Below are positions 18,480 through 21,351 of a stretch of DNA of 21,351 nt, in pieces. The notes beneath the pieces were generated by a model, which ran no database searches, had not been told where the DNA came from, and worked only from the letters and a program-made list of their open reading frames with translations. The translations under genes were made by a program, and so were the position numbers. Position 1 is the stretch's first letter. Each line of letters starts with the position of its first letter. This DNA is from Histomonas meleagridis 2922-C6/04-290x (taxonomy: Eukaryota; Protista; Parabasalia). The DNA is taken from the NCBI GenBank assembly GCA_020184695.1, contig JAANOX010000145.1:1-21351 (forward strand). The letters are read 5' to 3'.

Positions 18480-18991
18480 TTTATTAATGTTTTTAATTAA
18501 TGTATTCACCATTGTTTCTATTGACATCTTCCATCCGGTTAATCCATTATTGGAACATATTTTGAAGGTCTTCGAAAATAAGATTGTCCTATATTCTTTT
18601 GATGGCACTTTTTAACTTTTTTCATAACTTAATCTAATTTGATTAAAATCAATTTCTAAAATTAAACTTATAGCTTGTACTAAATCATTAGCATTAATTA
18701 TAATTTTACCACTATTATCATTAAATTTGTTATTAATTTCATATTATTTGTTTTTAATTTTGCACTAAATGTTGAAGCTATATGTTTATATAAAGTACTT
18801 GCATTATCAGTATAAAGTTTAGTTTCTGTTGTAATTATTTTTGGTGTTTCTTCAATATTTTCAGGATTAGGATAATGTGGTTGTACTTCACTATTGTTAT
18901 TATTAATAATAACTTTACAATTAGCACTAGAACTATTATGTTCAGTATTATTCTTCCCTACATAGGGTGAGAAATCACCAATTTTAATCAT
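18480..18991 (-). pseudogene. Hypothetical gene with two frameshifts, probably part of the Maverick-like remnant
   Basis: MIKIGDFSPYVG...KLKTNN continues in other frames as KFNDNSGKIIINANDLVQAISLILEIDF and KVPSKEYRTILFSKTFKICSNNGLTGWKMS. Confidence 0.45.
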
Positions 18992-19028
18992 TAAAAAAAC
19001 TATAATTTTGAAAAAAAAATTTTTTTAT

Positions 19029-19292
19029 TTATACACATCTTTTTTTCGTAAAATCTAGTTCAAATCGTTGACGGAATTTATCTGAACATTTATCTTTGTT
19101 TGATAAATATTTTAAAACGATTTGTTTTGCAGTACTTGTATAATAATTTTCACCTGTATTTAATCTAATGTATTTCTGATCATCTTACTTATCTCTAATT
19201 CCTTGTTTTGTATATAATTTTACGAATTTTAAAATGATGATATTTCTATAATAATAACTGGATACAGTAAGTATTAAATTCTTTGCTTCAAA
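19029..19292 (-). pseudogene. C-terminal fragment of an unknown gene
   Basis: KFEAKNLILTVSSYYYRNIIILKFVKLYTKQGIRDK*DDQKYIRLNTGENYYTSTAKQIVLKYLSNKDKCSDKFRQRFELDFTKKRCV*. Confidence 0.35.
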
Positions 19293-19606
19293 TTTTTAGC
19301 TAAATTTTCTGGATCTTTTAAATTACCAGATGAAATAGCTTTAGATAATTGTACAGTTATTCTAAGTTTAAAATTAATAAAACCTTCAGTTATTTGTGAA
19401 ACCATATGATCACCATGAGTGATTCTTAATCTAGTTTCTTGTGATTGATTAAAAGGTGCATTTTGATCATGACAATCTTCAGTTCTTAAAATAAATAAAC
19501 GAGTACCATCATTTTTAGCAATTAAATCTTTAAGACGATCAAAATAAGCACCAACATTACCTTGATCATCTTTTTCATTTTTAGATTGCGTATTATTATA
19601 ATACAT
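19274..19606 (-). pseudogene. N-terminal fragment of the putative Maverick/Polinton-like major capsid protein
   Basis: MYYNNTQSKNEKDDQGNVGAYFDRLKDLIAKNDG...TEGFINFKLRITVQLSKAISSGNLKDPENLAK; overlaps the 724-816 copy, then breaks off. Confidence 0.55.
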
Positions 19607-19640
19607 TAATAAAAATGAAAAATATTTTTCATAATTTTTA

Positions 19641-19925
19641 ATGGCGTGGGGGTTGTGGAACAAATTTAAAAACGGAATAAAGAAAATAGGACCTTTACTT
19701 AAAAAAGTGAAAGAAGGCTTGCAAAAATTAGTCCTCATATTGTGAAAGGTTATGAATTTGCTAAACAACATAAAAAAGACATTAAATAAATAAAACCATA
19801 TAGAAAGTTACCTGTGGATGAATAAATTTTATATCGGTGATAAAATAATTCCATTGTTTAAAAATATAGGTATGGAAGCAAATAATAAGATACATCCCAT
19901 ATTTTATCAAAAAAAAAATAAAAAA
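19641..19925 (+). pseudogene. Amphipathic peptide gene 1
   Basis: MAWGLWNKFKNGIKKIGPLLKKVKEG(fs)AKISPHIVKGYEFAKQHKKDIK*IKPYRKLPVD...GMEANNK; divergent from the capsid-like gene across a 34-bp spacer. Confidence 0.65.
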
Positions 19926-19955
19926 AATAAAAAAAAAATATTTTTATTATTATTT

Positions 19956-20201
19956 ATGGCTAGGGGTTTTTGGAACAAAATTAAAAATGGATTTAAAAAA
20001 GCTGGTGCTTGGATCAGAGATAAAATTATTAAACCAGTTGGAAGATTTATAGGTAATGTTTGGAATAAAGTAGCCAAACCTGTTGTAAATACAGTAGGTA
20101 AAATACCTGGAATTGAAAATTTACCTGAACATGCAGGTGCTATTGCAAAAGGAATTAAAATAGCAGATAAATTCTCACCTGTTATTATAAGTTGTTTATA
20201 A
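19956..20201 (+). CDS. Amphipathic peptide gene 2, 3' end replaced after FSPV
   Basis: MARGFWNKIKNGFKKAGAWIRDKIIKPVGRFIGNVWNKVAKPVVNTVGKIPGIENLPEHAGAIAKGIKIADKFSPV-IISCL*. Confidence 0.7.
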   Translation: MARGFWNKIKNGFKKAGAWIRDKIIKPVGRFIGNVWNKVAKPVVNTVGKIPGIENLPEHAGAIAKGIKIADKFSPVIISCL

Positions 20202-20549
20202 GCTTGTTCGAAAATTATATCACATCGTCTCAAAATGAAATAACATAAAAGTGACATTTTCGATTAATTATCGTGAAATGCAAAAAAATTGCAAAATTTG
20301 AACTTTTATGTAAAATATCCAATTTTTAGTGAGAAAAAATGATTACGACTAATTTCAAACAAAAACGATAATTATTTTTGAATATTTATCAAAAAATCAA
20401 AACAGAATATGAATGTTAATCTTTTTTATATGCGTCACTTCAGTGACATTTCATTTTCGAACAATTTCGGAATTAAGCGTTAATAATCTAAACATCACTT
20501 TTTTGATATTTTATTCTCAAACGATGTCATTTAATTTTCGAACAAGCTA
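20199..20549. mobile_element. MITE-like element (~350 bp) with ~60-bp imperfect TIRs
   Basis: AGCTTGTTCGAAAATTA (20201-20217) pairs with TAATTTTCGAACAAGCT (20532-20548); imperfect similarity continues inward; TA-rich flanks. Confidence 0.75.
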
Positions 20550-20604
20550 TATTTGATGATAAATATCTTGTATTATCTCTCCTAAATGATAAAGTAAATG
20601 ATCT

Positions 20605-20990
20605 TTGGTAGGTATATAATGCGGTCGGGACAATCACAGGGATCCTAGGGTCCCCGCCTCGGGCGCGATCCTAGGATCCCTGTGATTGTCCCGACCTTAA
20701 GTTTTCACTGGTAAAATTGAACAGGTATGAGGCCCCCGGAGGTGCCCTTCGGACGCCTCCGGGGGCCTCAGACCCCTCCAATTCCCCGAGTGTGCTCGCT
20801 CCGCTCGCTACATCGATCAAAATGATTTTTGTGAGCCATACAATTCGTCTGAAAATTTGAATGCACATTCAATTTTGAGAGAAATATTTTCAGAGGGACG
20901 ATAGCACTTTTAGCACCACTTTTCACATAAACCTATCAAATACCTCGCATGACCAACTCGATTTGTTTTCGGTTATGTTTGGCCGGTCAT
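20605..20990. repeat. GC-rich hairpin module, copy C (most complete)
   Basis: 27-bp perfect IR at 20623-20649/20670-20696; 15-bp perfect IR at 20728-20742/20756-20770 with a CC-TTC-GG apex; GCTCGCTCCGCTCGCTAC at 20794-20811. Confidence 0.92.
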
Positions 20991-21153
20991 ATTTTTTATG
21001 ATTTTATATTTGGCCGAACAAATATTTTTTTACCGTAATCAATCTCATATTACATAAATGCTTAAATCTGTGACTAAAACGTATTTTTGTACTTTACAAA
21101 TAGAAAACCGTTTTTCTCCTGAATTTGTCTATTCACAAATCCTAGATATATAG

Positions 21154-21180
21154 TATAGGGTGTCCGGTTAATTCGTGCAA
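21154..21180 (+). mobile_element. Possible left TIR of a Tc1/mariner-superfamily element extending beyond the window
   Basis: TA|TAGGGTGTCCGGTTAATTCGTGCAA resembles AGGGTGTCC-type termini and the TA|TAGGG start of the mariner at 12456; no partner in the window. Confidence 0.35.
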
Positions 21181-21351
21181 AAAAAATATATAAATATTGA
21201 ATCACTAAACACTATATAAAATTTAAAAGTATATTTGAATAGCATTTTACTGATATGGTTAATGTTGAAATTATCCATTAAGAAATTGAAATTTAACCAT
21301 AACAATATTTTTTTGTACGTTAAAAATTGTATGTTAAGCATATGGAACAGC

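Noticed and set aside
19607-19955. N-terminal extensions of ORFs 19274..19771 and 19818..20201, and antisense ORF 19907..20257
   Set aside because: The extensions run through neighbouring genes and A-rich spacers; homology supports starts at 19606 and 19956.
11008-20990. CRISPR-like array or tRNA/SINE reading of the repeated GC module
   Set aside because: Copies are kb apart with no regular spacers and no cas genes; there is no cloverleaf or convincing Pol III A/B box.

Overview
Very AT-rich eukaryotic DNA, most likely from a parabasalid (Tritrichomonas/Trichomonas-like). This is inferred from the gene families and is not proven. Left half (about 0.8-10.7 kb): host genes for an ankyrin-RhoGEF(DH)-PH protein whose PH domain is completed only across a frameshift, an ankyrin fragment, a CHD6-9-like protein with a degenerate SNF2 ATPase fused to FYRN/FYRC, and an importin-alpha-like ARM protein. 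Right half (about 11-21.3 kb) and the first 0.8 kb: a dense nest of decayed mobile and viral DNA. It holds a full-length DD34D mariner, a Tc1 remnant, a hAT-like transposase, a MITE, Maverick/Polinton-like putative major-capsid fragments, and an Arg-rich CRESS-virus-capsid-like fragment. The most unusual items are three. (1) A compact ~1.15-kb element carrying only a tyrosine recombinase between inverted repeats. (2) A GC-rich multi-hairpin module present in three copies, with CTTCGG loops and a GCTCGCTCCGCTCGC motif. (3) Two paralogous amphipathic peptide genes resembling the membrane-lytic helix of adenovirus protein VI, lying head-to-head with the capsid-like gene. Family assignments come from motif recognition and recall, with no database search. 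Several frameshifts lie in homopolymers and could be assembly errors.
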